Shown in pieces: positions 7,988 to 16,828 of a DNA stretch of 64,000 nt; position 1 is the first letter of the stretch, and the number at the start of each line of letters is the position of its first letter. The DNA comes from Ilumatobacteraceae bacterium (GTDB lineage: Bacteria; Actinomycetota; Acidimicrobiia; Acidimicrobiales; Ilumatobacteraceae), in contig CBDDIP010000002.1 in NCBI GenBank assembly GCA_965229005.1, forward strand, positions 1,014,125 to 1,078,124. The letters run 5' to 3'. A model generated the notes under the pieces. It saw only the letters and a program-made list of their open reading frames with translations, had not been told where the DNA came from and made no database searches. Position numbers and translations under genes: made by a program.

Positions 7988-9397
7988 TCAACCCGTGGTG
8001 AGGCGTTGCAGCAACGACCACGCCGCAACGACGTGGCGTTGCTCGGTCAGCCGCGCCCCGATCGAGACGCGCAGGGCCACCCGACCATCGAGCACCGTCC
8101 GCGTGAACAGTGCTTCCCCGGTGGTGTTCGCCGCCTCGATCAGCGCATCGGTTGCCTGGTCACCGGCCACGAGGCGGATGCACAGCAGGTTCAGCGGATG
8201 CGGGGCGACGATCTCGAAGCGAGCGTCCTCGGCCACCCAGCCGGCCAGCTCCTGGGTCAGCGCGACGTGGCGCCGGATCATCGCGACGGTCGCGCCCGAG
8301 CCGTCGGCGCGCAGCGTGAACCACAGCTTGAGCGCACGGAACCGTCGGCCGAGCGGGATCTGCCAGTCGCGGTAGTCGATGGCCGCGCCGGTCTCTGCCG
8401 CAGCGGAGCGCAGGTACTCGGGCAGGATGCTCAAGGCCCCGAGCAGCGCCGTGCGGTCGGCGGTGTAGAAGAGGTCGCAGTCGAAGTTGACGCCCATCCA
8501 CTTGTGCGGGTTGGTGCAGTAGCTGTCGGCCAGCTCGAGACCATCGTTGATCCAGCGATGCTCATCGGCCAACGCGCCGATGCCGCTCATCGCAGCGTCG
8601 ACGTGCAGCCACAGACCCTCGCGCTGTGCGATCGCGCCGATCTCTGGCACCGGGTCGAACGCCATCGAGCTCGTCGTGCCGCGAGTCGCACAGATCCAGA
8701 ACGGCACGAGCCCGGCGGCTCGATCAGCCGCGATCATCTCCGCCAGCGCGTCGGCGCGCATCGCATACGACTCGTCGTGCGGCACGATGCGCGTCTGGCT
8801 GGTGCCGATCCCGGCGATGCGCAGGCCCTTCTCGATGCTCGAGTGCGCCTGTGATGTTGCATATGCAACAAGAGCCGTCGTATCGCCGGTGGTGTTCACA
8901 GCGCCGCCGGTGATCCGCCAACGGGCGGCGAGGATCGACGCGAGCGTGGCCTCGCTGGCCGATCCGTGGATGACGCCGCCGCCGGTCGCGCTGGTGCTGC
9001 GGAACCGCTCGGGCAGGCCGAGGAGCTCCTGCATCCAGTCCAGCATCAGCGTCTCGACCTCGGTGCACGCCGGGCTCGTCACCCAGCTCATGCCCTGCAC
9101 GCCGAGCCCGGCCGCGACCAGCTCGCCGAGGATCGCCGGGTAGCTGGAGTTGCCGGGGAAGTAGGCGAAGAAGCTCGGGTGCTGCCAGTGCGTGAGGCCG
9201 GGGACGACGACGCGGTCGAGGTCGGCCAGCACATCCGCGAACGGCTCCGGCGCTGCGGGCGGGTGCTCGGGCAGCTGCCGGCGAACGTCGCCCGGCTGCA
9301 CCGACGACGCCACCGGGAACCGTTCGACCCCCTCGAGGTACTCGGCGATCCAGTCGATCAACGCATGGCCGTTGCTGCGGAATTCCTCGGGAGTCAC
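7988..9397 (-). CDS. PLP-dependent aromatic-L-amino-acid decarboxylase (group II decarboxylase, DOPA/tryptophan decarboxylase-like)
   Basis: Pyridoxal lysine motif …CTNPHKWMGVNFDCDLF…; full-length 469 aa match to the AADC architecture; GTG start at 9397. Confidence 0.85.
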   Translation of the reverse strand: MTPEEFRSNGHALIDWIAEYLEGVERFPVASSVQPGDVRRQLPEHPPAAPEPFADVLADLDRVVVPGLTHWQHPSFFAYFPGNSSYPAILGELVAAGLGVQGMSWVTSPACTEVETLMLDWMQELLGLPERFRSTSATGGGVIHGSASEATLASILAARWRITGGAVNTTGDTTALVAYATSQAHSSIEKGLRIAGIGTSQTRIVPHDESYAMRADALAEMIAADRAAGLVPFWICATRGTTSSMAFDPVPEIGAIAQREGLWLHVDAAMSGIGALADEHRWINDGLELADSYCTNPHKWMGVNFDCDLFYTADRTALLGALSILPEYLRSAAAETGAAIDYRDWQIPLGRRFRALKLWFTLRADGSGATVAMIRRHVALTQELAGWVAEDARFEIVAPHPLNLLCIRLVAGDQATDALIEAANTTGEALFTRTVLDGRVALRVSIGARLTEQRHVVAAWSLLQRLTTG

Positions 9398-9419
9398 GGC
9401 CGCAGAGGGTACCTGTCGG

Positions 9420-10310
9420 TCACGTCGCGGACTGCTCGTCGAGCCAGCGCTGGTGCGTGGTGATGACGTGGTCCCACAACCGATCCTTCGCGTCGTCGTC
9501 GACCCCGTCGAAGGTCAGCCCGAACTCGTCGGCGACCAGATCGAACCAGTCGGCCCGCTGGTCCACCATCGTCGGCTCACCGCGTTCGTCGACGATGCGA
9601 GTCAGCGCGCAGCCGCGGATGATCGTCGCTCCGTTGCTGTGGCGGCGTTGCGCGGTGACGGTCTTGACGAAGCCCGACTCGGGTGACGTGCTGAGGACGA
9701 CGTTGCGGTCGGCGAACGCTTCGTGCGTGACTGCCGGGTCGCGGAAGACCATGCCGACGAACGAGCCCTTCGGGTCGTGGCGGAAGCCCCAGTCGCCGAC
9801 CCCGTTCGTGGCGTACAGCTCGTAGCGGAAGTGGTCGCTGTCGTGGGCACCGTCACAGAGCGGCACCGCCGCCGTCGGACCATCGCCCAACCCGGCGTCG
9901 ACGTACCAACGTCCCTCCGGGTTGTCGTCCGACGGCAGGTCGCCGACGGTGAGCACGAGGTGGTTCGTCATCGCTTCCTCGGCCGGTCCGTCCGGCCCGT
10001 GAACACCGCCGACGTGGCGCGACACCGAGTAGCCGAGCGCGTCGAGCACCTCGGCGAGCGAACCGTTGAGGTGGAAGCAGTACCCGCCGCGCCGGTGTCG
10101 GGCGATCCGCTCCAACGCGGCACGGGGTTCCGTGGTCCAGCGCTCGCCGAGGTGGATCCACGTCGTCTCGTAGGGAATCGTCGCCAGCTGCGCGCGCATG
10201 ATCCGCTGCAACGCGTCGACGGAAGGCGGCTCTCGATCGATGCCCAGTCGAGCGAGGTACAGGTCAACGAGATCCGGGTCCGCGTCCACGAGCCGAGTCC
10301 GATCGCTCAT
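9420..10310 (-). CDS. arylamine N-acetyltransferase (NAT family)
   Basis: Catalytic-Cys motif RRGGYCFHLNG plus downstream His/Asp; about 296 aa from ATG 10310 (MSDRTRLVD). Only 22 bp upstream of the decarboxylase gene on the same strand. Confidence 0.75.
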   Translation of the reverse strand: MSDRTRLVDADPDLVDLYLARLGIDREPPSVDALQRIMRAQLATIPYETTWIHLGERWTTEPRAALERIARHRRGGYCFHLNGSLAEVLDALGYSVSRHVGGVHGPDGPAEEAMTNHLVLTVGDLPSDDNPEGRWYVDAGLGDGPTAAVPLCDGAHDSDHFRYELYATNGVGDWGFRHDPKGSFVGMVFRDPAVTHEAFADRNVVLSTSPESGFVKTVTAQRRHSNGATIIRGCALTRIVDERGEPTMVDQRADWFDLVADEFGLTFDGVDDDAKDRLWDHVITTHQRWLDEQSAT

Positions 10311-10792
10311 CTGTCGATTCTTATTCGTCGGTGGACACTCGGCCAAGTGGTCGCATTGGTGATGAACATCCATGGCTAACCTCTTAGACCGTGTAGGTAC
10401 TCGCCAGCACTCCGAACCTCAGATGATGTCGCACTCGCCTCCAAGCTGGACCGCTGGCTCCGATCACCCGATTCCCGCTGAACTCACAGCTGTTCGCTGG
10501 AGCGACGGAAGTGTCGAATGCCGGTTCAGATTGCTCCATCCTGCGGGATCGCTGCTGGCCGCCGATGGTGACGTCGGAGTTGTACTGACAGCGCCTGGCG
10601 CAGAGTGCACCAGATGCTCCGAGGCCTGCTCCGAATGACATCGCGACAACTACGACACCGTGAAGTAACGATTCGTCGACCTCCGTCGACGTCCCTCGGT
10701 GCGTCGTATGAGCGAGCTCGCGCCGAGTTCTGAAGGTTTCGCCATCTCGGTCAGCGGAGCAGCTACCTAGATCTCGGTTCATGGTGGAGGAT

Positions 10793-10811
10793 TATACCTA
10801 GGGGGGGTATA
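10793..10811. promoter_or_regulatory. CsoR-type operator-like pseudo-palindrome TATACC-TA-GGGGGGG-TATA, 27 bp upstream of the copB start
   Basis: Seen directly: attatacctagggggggtatact. Closely resembles the published B. subtilis copZA CsoR operator (ATACCCTACGGGGGTAT: inverted ATACC/GGTAT arms around a G-tract). No csoR gene in cis. Confidence 0.4.
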
Positions 10812-10837
10812 CTGAAACGAAAATCGGAAAGGATGCT

Positions 10838-12964
10838 GTGAACCACGATCGCCACCATGAGAGTTCCGTCAATGCGTCGACCGCAGACAACGCCCACCAT
10901 GTCTCGCACTCGTCACCGTCCGTTAGGCCCCAACACACGCGGCACGCTGACGGCGGCCATGCAGATCCCGGGGATCACAAGGGCCATGACAAGCACGCCG
11001 GCCACGATCCGGAGGTGTTTCGCCGACGTTTCTGGCTGACTCTCGCGCTCACGATCCCGCTCGTCGCCACCAGCCACCTGGTCATGGGGTGGCTCGGGTA
11101 TTCAGTCGACCTGCCGCTGATGGGCTGGTTCGGCCCCGTGCTTGGGTCGATCGTGTTCTGGTGGGGCGGCTGGCCGTTCCTCGCCGGTGGTGTCGCCGAG
11201 ATCCGCCACCGCCAGCCAGGGATGATGCTGCTGATCACGATGGCGATCACCGTCGCATACCTCGCATCTATGTCCACAAGCCTCGATTGGCTCGACCTCG
11301 AGTTCTGGTGGGAACTGGCAGCACTCGTCTCGATCATGCTGCTGGGCCATTGGCAAGAGATGAAGGCGATCGGTCAGGCGCGGAACGCGCTGGCGGCACT
11401 TGCAGCGCTGCTGCCCGACGAGGCCGATCTGGTTGACGGCGAGACCATCCGCGCGGTCCCAGCCGCCGCGTTGAAGGTCGGCGATGTCGTATTGGTTCGC
11501 CCCGGAGCGCGGATTCCCGCTGACGGGACAATCGTCGTCGGCGTCGCCGAAGTCGACGAGTCGATGATCACCGGCGAGTCAAAGCCGGTCAACCGTGCAA
11601 TCGGCGACCGGGTGGTGGCCGGCACGGTGTCGACGGATAGCTCGATCCGCGTACGGGTCGATGCCGTTGGCGACGACACGGCCCTCGCTGGGATCCAGCG
11701 ACTCGTCGCCGACGCCCAGGCCAGCCAAAGTCGCGCCCAGGTGCTCGCTGACCGGTTCGCCGCCTGGTTGTTCTACGTCGCGGTCGCGGCGGGTGTGCTC
11801 ACGTTTCTTGTCTGGTGGGCGATTGGCGACATCAACACTGCGATCACCAGCACCGTCACCGTATTGGTCATCGCGTGCCCCCACGCTCTCGGGTTGGCGA
11901 TTCCACTCGTCGTTGCACTGTCGACAGCTGTTTCCGCCAAAGCAGGGATCTTGGTCAAGGACAGATTGGCCCTCGAGCGGATGCGATCGATCGACACCGT
12001 CTTGTTCGACAAGACGGGAACTCTCACCAAGGGTTCGCACGTGGTGACCGGCGTCGCCGGCATCGACCACTTCGACAAGGACCGAGTGCTCAGCACAGCC
12101 GCCGCCATAGAAGCCGAGAGCGAGCACCCGCTTGCCCGCGCGATCGTCACAGCCGCCGGTGATTTCGACGGACCCAAGGCGACCAACTTCAGGTCGGTCG
12201 CCGGGCGGGGCGTGACTGCAGACATCCTTGGTGTGGCCTACGCCATCGGCGGCCCGGCCTTGCTCCGCCAACGTCACCTCGCCATCCCCCAAGCGCTCCA
12301 CAACCACGTCATCGGATGGGAGCAGCGCGGGGCTTCTGTGCTCTTCCTCGCGATTGCCGAAGAGGTCGTTGGCGTCATGGCGCTCGAGGACGAGATAAGG
12401 CCCGAGGCGCGGCAAGCCATTTCCGAGCTGCGCCAGATGGGCGTCGACGTTGCAATGATCACCGGTGACGCCCGCCAGGTCGCCGAAGCTGTCGGCCGCG
12501 ACCTCGGCATCGCCAAGGTCTTCGCTGAAGTCCTTCCCGAAGACAAGGATCAGGCCGTAGCCGAGCTTCAGCAGCAAGGCTTAACGGTTGCCATGGTCGG
12601 CGACGGCGTCAACGACGCTCCTGCTCTTGCTCGCGCCGACGTCGGCCTGGCGATCGGCGCCGGTACAGATGTCGCCATCGAGTCGGCAGGCGTGGTCCTC
12701 GCAGCGAGTGACCCGCGTGGGGTCGCCAGCGTGATCCGCCTCTCTCGGGCCAGCTATCGCAAGATGATCCAGAACCTTGCCTGGGCAGCGGGCTACAACA
12801 TCGTCGCCATCCCGCTCGCCGCCGGAAGCTTCGCCTGGGCGGGGATCACGCTGTCTCCGGCCATCGGTGCCGTCCTGATGAGCCTTTCCACCATCGTCGT
12901 GGCACTCAACGCTCAGCTGCTCCGCCGTGTTCAGCTCCGGCCCGACACCATCGAATCGCCTTGA
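10838..12964 (+). CDS. copB: copper-translocating P1B-type ATPase, CopB subtype (His-rich N-terminus, CPH motif)
   Basis: His-rich N-terminal region (…HHVSHS…HADGGHADPGDHKGHDKHAGHD…), TM-6 CPH (VLVIACPHALGLAIP), DKTGTLT phosphorylation site, GDGVNDAP hinge; GTG start after GGAAAGGA RBS. Confidence 0.9.
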   Translation: MNHDRHHESSVNASTADNAHHVSHSSPSVRPQHTRHADGGHADPGDHKGHDKHAGHDPEVFRRRFWLTLALTIPLVATSHLVMGWLGYSVDLPLMGWFGPVLGSIVFWWGGWPFLAGGVAEIRHRQPGMMLLITMAITVAYLASMSTSLDWLDLEFWWELAALVSIMLLGHWQEMKAIGQARNALAALAALLPDEADLVDGETIRAVPAAALKVGDVVLVRPGARIPADGTIVVGVAEVDESMITGESKPVNRAIGDRVVAGTVSTDSSIRVRVDAVGDDTALAGIQRLVADAQASQSRAQVLADRFAAWLFYVAVAAGVLTFLVWWAIGDINTAITSTVTVLVIACPHALGLAIPLVVALSTAVSAKAGILVKDRLALERMRSIDTVLFDKTGTLTKGSHVVTGVAGIDHFDKDRVLSTAAAIEAESEHPLARAIVTAAGDFDGPKATNFRSVAGRGVTADILGVAYAIGGPALLRQRHLAIPQALHNHVIGWEQRGASVLFLAIAEEVVGVMALEDEIRPEARQAISELRQMGVDVAMITGDARQVAEAVGRDLGIAKVFAEVLPEDKDQAVAELQQQGLTVAMVGDGVNDAPALARADVGLAIGAGTDVAIESAGVVLAASDPRGVASVIRLSRASYRKMIQNLAWAAGYNIVAIPLAAGSFAWAGITLSPAIGAVLMSLSTIVVALNAQLLRRVQLRPDTIESP

Positions 12965-12977
12965 AGGGGTTGCCAAC

Positions 12978-13556
12978 TCACCCGATCAGGAGCGTCTCCA
13001 GAGTCGAGATGTACATCGTCGATTCGGCGACGATGCTCGATGCGAGGGTGAGCGCGTCTTGGTCGGTCCCATCAGCCCGTTCCGACTGTGCGATCTCGAG
13101 CGCGCCATGGAGATGTCGAATCGTCAGGACGAGCCACGTTCGGTCGAAGTCGGGACCTGACAGCTCGCCAAGTTGGTGGAGTTCCTCTGGGCTGATCATG
13201 CCACCGATGTAGACGAGGTCGCCGGCGTCGGCGTCGCTCGGCGTGACTTGGGCTTTGCTCAGCCAGATGCGCAGCAACCGCACATCATCGGCTCCAGTTG
13301 TCAGAAGTTGGGTAGCGACCGCTGCAATCACCGGTGACGCCCGACGGCCCACGTCGGATGCGAGTTCGGCAAGCTCGATGGTCTGCCGGTGGTGACGTTC
13401 CATGTAGACCGCGAAGGTTCGGTCTGACAGGTCCGGCCATTCCGCGGTTGTCGTAATTGGCAGGTGGGCAGCAGCAGGCGGTCGCGGAGAGCCACAGCCA
13501 ACGAGGATCACCGCAACGGACACGAGGGCCGACCGCCTACGCGTGGTTCGAACCAT
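12978..13556 (-). CDS. DUF305-domain lipoprotein (copper-resistance-associated family)
   Basis: Lipobox ([23 protein letters not shown]); two DUF305-type His motifs (FAVYMERHHRQTIELAEL, WLVLTIRHLHGALEIAQ). Start ATG overlaps the M23 stop (ATGA at 13554-13558). Confidence 0.6.
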   Translation of the reverse strand: MVRTTRRRSALVSVAVILVGCGSPRPPAAAHLPITTTAEWPDLSDRTFAVYMERHHRQTIELAELASDVGRRASPVIAAVATQLLTTGADDVRLLRIWLSKAQVTPSDADAGDLVYIGGMISPEELHQLGELSGPDFDRTWLVLTIRHLHGALEIAQSERADGTDQDALTLASSIVAESTMYISTLETLLIG

Positions 13557-14782
13557 CAACAGTGCCTGCGCACCGTCGGGTATGGGTTGACTGCCGCGCC
13601 GCCGCCGGGGTGGATCTCGAAGTGCAAGTGGTTCGCACTGGTGTTGCCCGTCGCTCCGACGTACCCGATTACATCTCCAGCACTCACAGCACGCGAGGTT
13701 CCCTCCCACGCCGAGAGATGTGCGTAGTAGTACTTGTTGCCGTCAGATCCGGTGAGCCAGATCGCGTTGCCACCGAGCTTGTTCGTCTTCATTGTCACCG
13801 AGCCGGAGACCACTGCGACGAGCGGAGTTCCGTGCGGGCTCATCATGTCGACGCCCTCGTGCCTTCGCCCACCGGATCGCGGATCGCCCCAGGTGTCTCC
13901 GAACGCATTCGGGCCGGCCACGGGGCAGCGCCAGGCTCCGCCGGTGACGACCGGCAAGGGCGCAGACGTAGGAGGCATAGGGACTGTCGCCGGAGCGGCG
14001 GCTGGGGCAGGAACGCTTGATGGCGGTGCCTGTGGTTGGGGGAGCGCGGGGGTCGGAGGAGGTTCGCTTGAACCACCACCACGCGAGGGCTGCGGAGACG
14101 CGGTAGGAGCCCATGTCTGCTCCTCGATCGCTGCTTTCGCCGCGAGCTCGGCGCGACGCTCGGTCACCTTGGACTCGTAGGCACGTCCAATCGCGTCGTT
14201 CGTCAGTTGTTGCTGCAGCGTCTCGAGGTCGCTGAGCTGCTGCTCGAGGGCCGCTCGTTCGGCGTCCAGCTGTTGGACGAGGGCCTCGTTCTCTCTCCGC
14301 AGCTCGCCAGCTCGCTCGGACTGGTGCAGCAGGCTGGTGCGCAGGGAATCGAGCTCGTCGAGGTTGCCTGCCCCAACGTCGAAGGCGACCTCGGTGAGGG
14401 ACTGGCGCTCGATGGCCAACGAAGGGTCCGGCGCGAACACCAACAGCGTGCTTTCGCTGGACGCTCCGACATAGCGGCCGATGGCCCGGTCGACGAGCTG
14501 CGCCTCCAGCGCATCGATCTGCCCGGCAGTGTCGGCGGTCGCCGAATCTGAGGCGAGGATCTCGGCCGCCAGATCCTCGGCTAGCTGCGACGCCTGTGCC
14601 CAACGCTGAGCAAGTTCATCGGCGTGGTCCTGCTGCCGAACGATCTCAGCGGCGACGTCCTCAGGGGTCTGGTCGCGTGCGGCGAATACCGGTGCTCCGC
14701 CTGGCATGGCTAGAGCCAGTGCTACGCCGACGGCAACTAACAGACTGCCGCTGCGTCGTACTCGATGTTTCATTTCCATGAC
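13556..14782 (-). CDS. M23 family (LytM-like) metalloendopeptidase with N-terminal coiled-coil
   Basis: C-terminal M23 signature (…[25 protein letters not shown]…YAHLSAW…[16 protein letters not shown]). Long Ala/Glu/Gln-rich coiled-coil before it. Signal peptide begins at [24 protein letters not shown] (start 14782 chosen over ORF start 14911). Confidence 0.7.
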   Translation of the reverse strand, partial: VMEMKHRVRRSGSLLVAVGVALALAMPGGAPVFAARDQTPEDVAAEIVRQQDHADELAQRWAQASQLAEDLAAEILASDSATADTAGQIDALEAQLVDRAIGRYVGASSESTLLVFAPDPSLAIERQSLTEVAFDVGAGNLDELDSLRTSLLHQSERAGELRRENEALVQQLDAERAALEQQLSDLETLQQQLTNDAIGRAYESKVTERRAELAAKAAIEEQTWAPTASPQPSRGGGSSEPPPTPALPQPQAPPSSVPAPAAAPATVPMPPTSAPLPVVTGGAWRCPVAGPNAFGDTWGDPRSGGRRHEGVDMMSPHGTPLVAVVSGSVTMKTNKLGGNAIWLTGSDGNKYYYAHLSAWEGTSRAVSAGDVIGYVGATGNTSANHLHFEIHPGGGAAVNPYPTVRRHC

Positions 14783-14837
14783 GGAAGGTAGCGTAACTTC
14801 TACATCGTGTCGTAACAAGCCGCCTGACGCGGCCGAT

Positions 14838-15692
14838 TCACAGGACGCGCCGGATCGTGACGATGTTCGCAGTTGGGATCGGACCGATTCGGACCGATTG
14901 GCCGGTGCCAACAGCCTGGATCCAGGTCGTTGCGCTCAGGGCGACGCCAACGTGACCGATCTGGGTTCGATCGGTGGACGAAGTCAGCAGGATGAGGTCT
15001 CCGGCCTTGATCGGGCCGAGGGTCAGGTCGACCGGTCGGCCGACTGATGCCAGTGCCCGACTCTGATGTGGGAGCACGACGCCGATCACTCGATACGCAG
15101 CCACGACGAGACCCGAGCAATCGTAGCTGTCGGGGCCAGCGGCGAAGTACTTGTAAGGCTTCCCGATCTGAGCCCGCAGGAACGAAGTCAGGCGTTCATA
15201 GGTGGTCAGCCCCGCCGCTGGCACCGGCACTGCCGTCGCCCCAGGAGCGGGCGCTGGTGCGGGTGGATTGGGAACGCGGATCGTCTGGCCCGGGTGGATC
15301 ACTGTCGTCGCGGAGAACCCGTTTAGGATGCGCAGCGACCGAACATCGGTGCCTGCCCGCTTGGCGATACCGATCATCGTGTCGCCCTTCTTGACTACGT
15401 ACGCATCGGAGGCGTCGTTCGGAGTCGGACGCGAGGTCAGATGTGGCGTAGGAACAACTAGCTCATCGCCAGGCTGAATCACGGAACGGATCGTCAATCC
15501 GTTCGCGCTCAGGAGGGCTTCGAGGGTGACATCAAGCCGGCGCGCGATCGCCGACAGGCTGTCGCCGCGCCGCACCACGTAGGTAGAGGCCGTGTCATCG
15601 AGCGGGCGATCGGCAAGAGCAGACGTCGGACCGGTGCTGATCGACACGAGCAGGGCGATGGCGAGAACGATGGCGTTGAAACGAGCATTCAT
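14838..15692 (-). CDS. secreted cell-wall hydrolase: 2x LysM + NlpC/P60 endopeptidase
   Basis: Signal peptide; two LysM repeats ([16 protein letters not shown]…, [16 protein letters not shown]…); NlpC/P60 catalytic Cys ([11 protein letters not shown]) and His (IGHVGVAL). Confidence 0.8.
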   Translation of the reverse strand: MNARFNAIVLAIALLVSISTGPTSALADRPLDDTASTYVVRRGDSLSAIARRLDVTLEALLSANGLTIRSVIQPGDELVVPTPHLTSRPTPNDASDAYVVKKGDTMIGIAKRAGTDVRSLRILNGFSATTVIHPGQTIRVPNPPAPAPAPGATAVPVPAAGLTTYERLTSFLRAQIGKPYKYFAAGPDSYDCSGLVVAAYRVIGVVLPHQSRALASVGRPVDLTLGPIKAGDLILLTSSTDRTQIGHVGVALSATTWIQAVGTGQSVRIGPIPTANIVTIRRVL

Positions 15693-15707
15693 GCTCGAAC
15701 AGATCGG

Positions 15708-15720
15708 CTACACCGTGTAG
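15708..15720. promoter_or_regulatory. BlaI/CopY-type operator-like palindrome (site A) CTACA-ccg-TGTAG, 16 bp upstream of the NlpC/P60-M23-DUF305 unit
   Basis: Seen directly (ggCTACAccgTGTAGga). Same 5-3-5 architecture as four other sites in the island. Confidence 0.45.
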
Positions 15721-15756
15721 GACCTTGACTGTTTCTTGAGCATTTTCTGCGACGGG

Positions 15757-16335
15757 TCAGCCGAGGATGGCAGTCATCTGCTCGATCTCCGCCTGCTGCG
15801 CGGTGATGATGTCGGCTGCCAAGCCGAGTGCATCCGCGTTCGAACCGTTTACCTTCTCGATTCGCGCCATTTCGATCGCACCTTGATGGTGTTCGATCAT
15901 CATGGTCAGCCACATCGAGTCGAAGTCCACACCCGACATGGTGCGAAGTGCTGCCATGTCCTCGTCCGACATCATGCCCGTCATGCCGTCCATGTCATGG
16001 CCGTCGGTGGTGCCCATCTTTTCCTGGCCCCACATCGACATCCAGCCGGTCATCATCTCGATCTCGGGATCCTGAGCTGCCTTGATCTTCGTCGCCAGGC
16101 CGGTCACCTCGGCGCTTGCGGCGCGAGCCGGGTCGAGCGCGATGTCGGCCATCTCCACGGCCTGCTGGTGGTGCGGGATCATCCCTTGCACGAACGTCAC
16201 GTCAGCGCCGTTGAAGTCACTCATCCCTGGCGACCCTGCCGTGGCGGCGGGCACCTGTGTGCCCATGTCCATGGAGGAATGGGACGAGCCGCTCCCGCAA
16301 GCGGTGAGCACGACCGACAACGCGACGGCGGACAT
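15757..16335 (-). CDS. DUF305-domain lipoprotein (second paralog)
   Basis: Lipobox MSAVALSVVLTACGS (start 16335 rather than ORF start 16407); Met/His-rich; DUF305 motifs GMIPHHQQAVEMADIAL and MMIEHHQGAIEMARI. Confidence 0.75.
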   Translation of the reverse strand: MSAVALSVVLTACGSGSSHSSMDMGTQVPAATAGSPGMSDFNGADVTFVQGMIPHHQQAVEMADIALDPARAASAEVTGLATKIKAAQDPEIEMMTGWMSMWGQEKMGTTDGHDMDGMTGMMSDEDMAALRTMSGVDFDSMWLTMMIEHHQGAIEMARIEKVNGSNADALGLAADIITAQQAEIEQMTAILG

Positions 16336-16407
16336 CAGGCTGGCACGATTCAGGTTCACAACGATCTCCTCGTAACATGACTTGGTCGTCGCTCTCATAG
16401 CGAACAA

Positions 16408-16420
16408 CTACACTGTGTAG
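16408..16420. promoter_or_regulatory. BlaI/CopY-type operator-like palindrome (site B) CTACA-ctg-TGTAG in the divergent DUF305 / repressor promoter region
   Basis: Seen directly (aaCTACActgTGTAGga); about 50 bp upstream of the repressor start and about 73 bp upstream of the DUF305 start. Confidence 0.5.
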
Positions 16421-16465
16421 GAGCGTATCGCTTGATCTTCCGCAACACTCGTCAGAACGCAGGAG

Positions 16466-16828
16466 GTGGTGATGTCCAAGCGGCCCGATGGAACGCTTGA
16501 ACACGATGTGCTTACCGTGCTGTGGGCTGCGGACGGTCCGCTTCAACCCGGCGACGTGAGAGACCGATTGCCGTATGCGCTCGCATACACGAGCGTCGCG
16601 ACGGTGCTTGGTCGGTTGCACACGAAGGGATTGGTGCAACGTGTGGCGGCCGGTCGCGCCTTCGCGTACGGCGCCGTGGTGAAGGAGTCGGAACTCGCGG
16701 TCCAGCGGATGAACGACGTTCTCGCTGGCGCCAGCGACCGGGGTGCGGTTCTCGCTGGCTTCGTCGGCAAGTTATCGAAGCGAGACGTCAAGCTGCTCCG
16801 GGCGCGGTTGGAGCAGGGCGAGCGCTGA
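16466..16828 (+). CDS. BlaI/MecI/CopY family (penicillinase-repressor-type) winged-helix transcriptional repressor
   Basis: N-terminal wHTH (…LEHDVLTVLWAADGPLQPGDVRDRL…YTSVATVLGRLHTKGLVQR…) and dimerisation C-terminus; no C-terminal Cys cluster, so BlaI-type rather than metal-binding CopY-type. AGGAGG RBS; GTG/GTG/ATG start cluster at 16466-16472. Confidence 0.85.
   Translation: MVMSKRPDGTLEHDVLTVLWAADGPLQPGDVRDRLPYALAYTSVATVLGRLHTKGLVQRVAAGRAFAYGAVVKESELAVQRMNDVLAGASDRGAVLAGFVGKLSKRDVKLLRARLEQGER

Noticed and set aside
10372-10782. 88-aa (+) and 132-aa (-) ORFs in the low-GC spacer upstream of copB
   Set aside because: No RBS, no family signature, mutually overlapping, and located in a region whose composition differs from coding DNA here; treated as non-coding regulatory spacer.
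16466-16828. Calling the repressor a metal-binding CopY
   Set aside because: Lacks the C-terminal CxCx4-5CxC cluster that binds Cu/Zn in CopY/TcrY; retained as BlaI-type with signalling presumably through the M56 protease.
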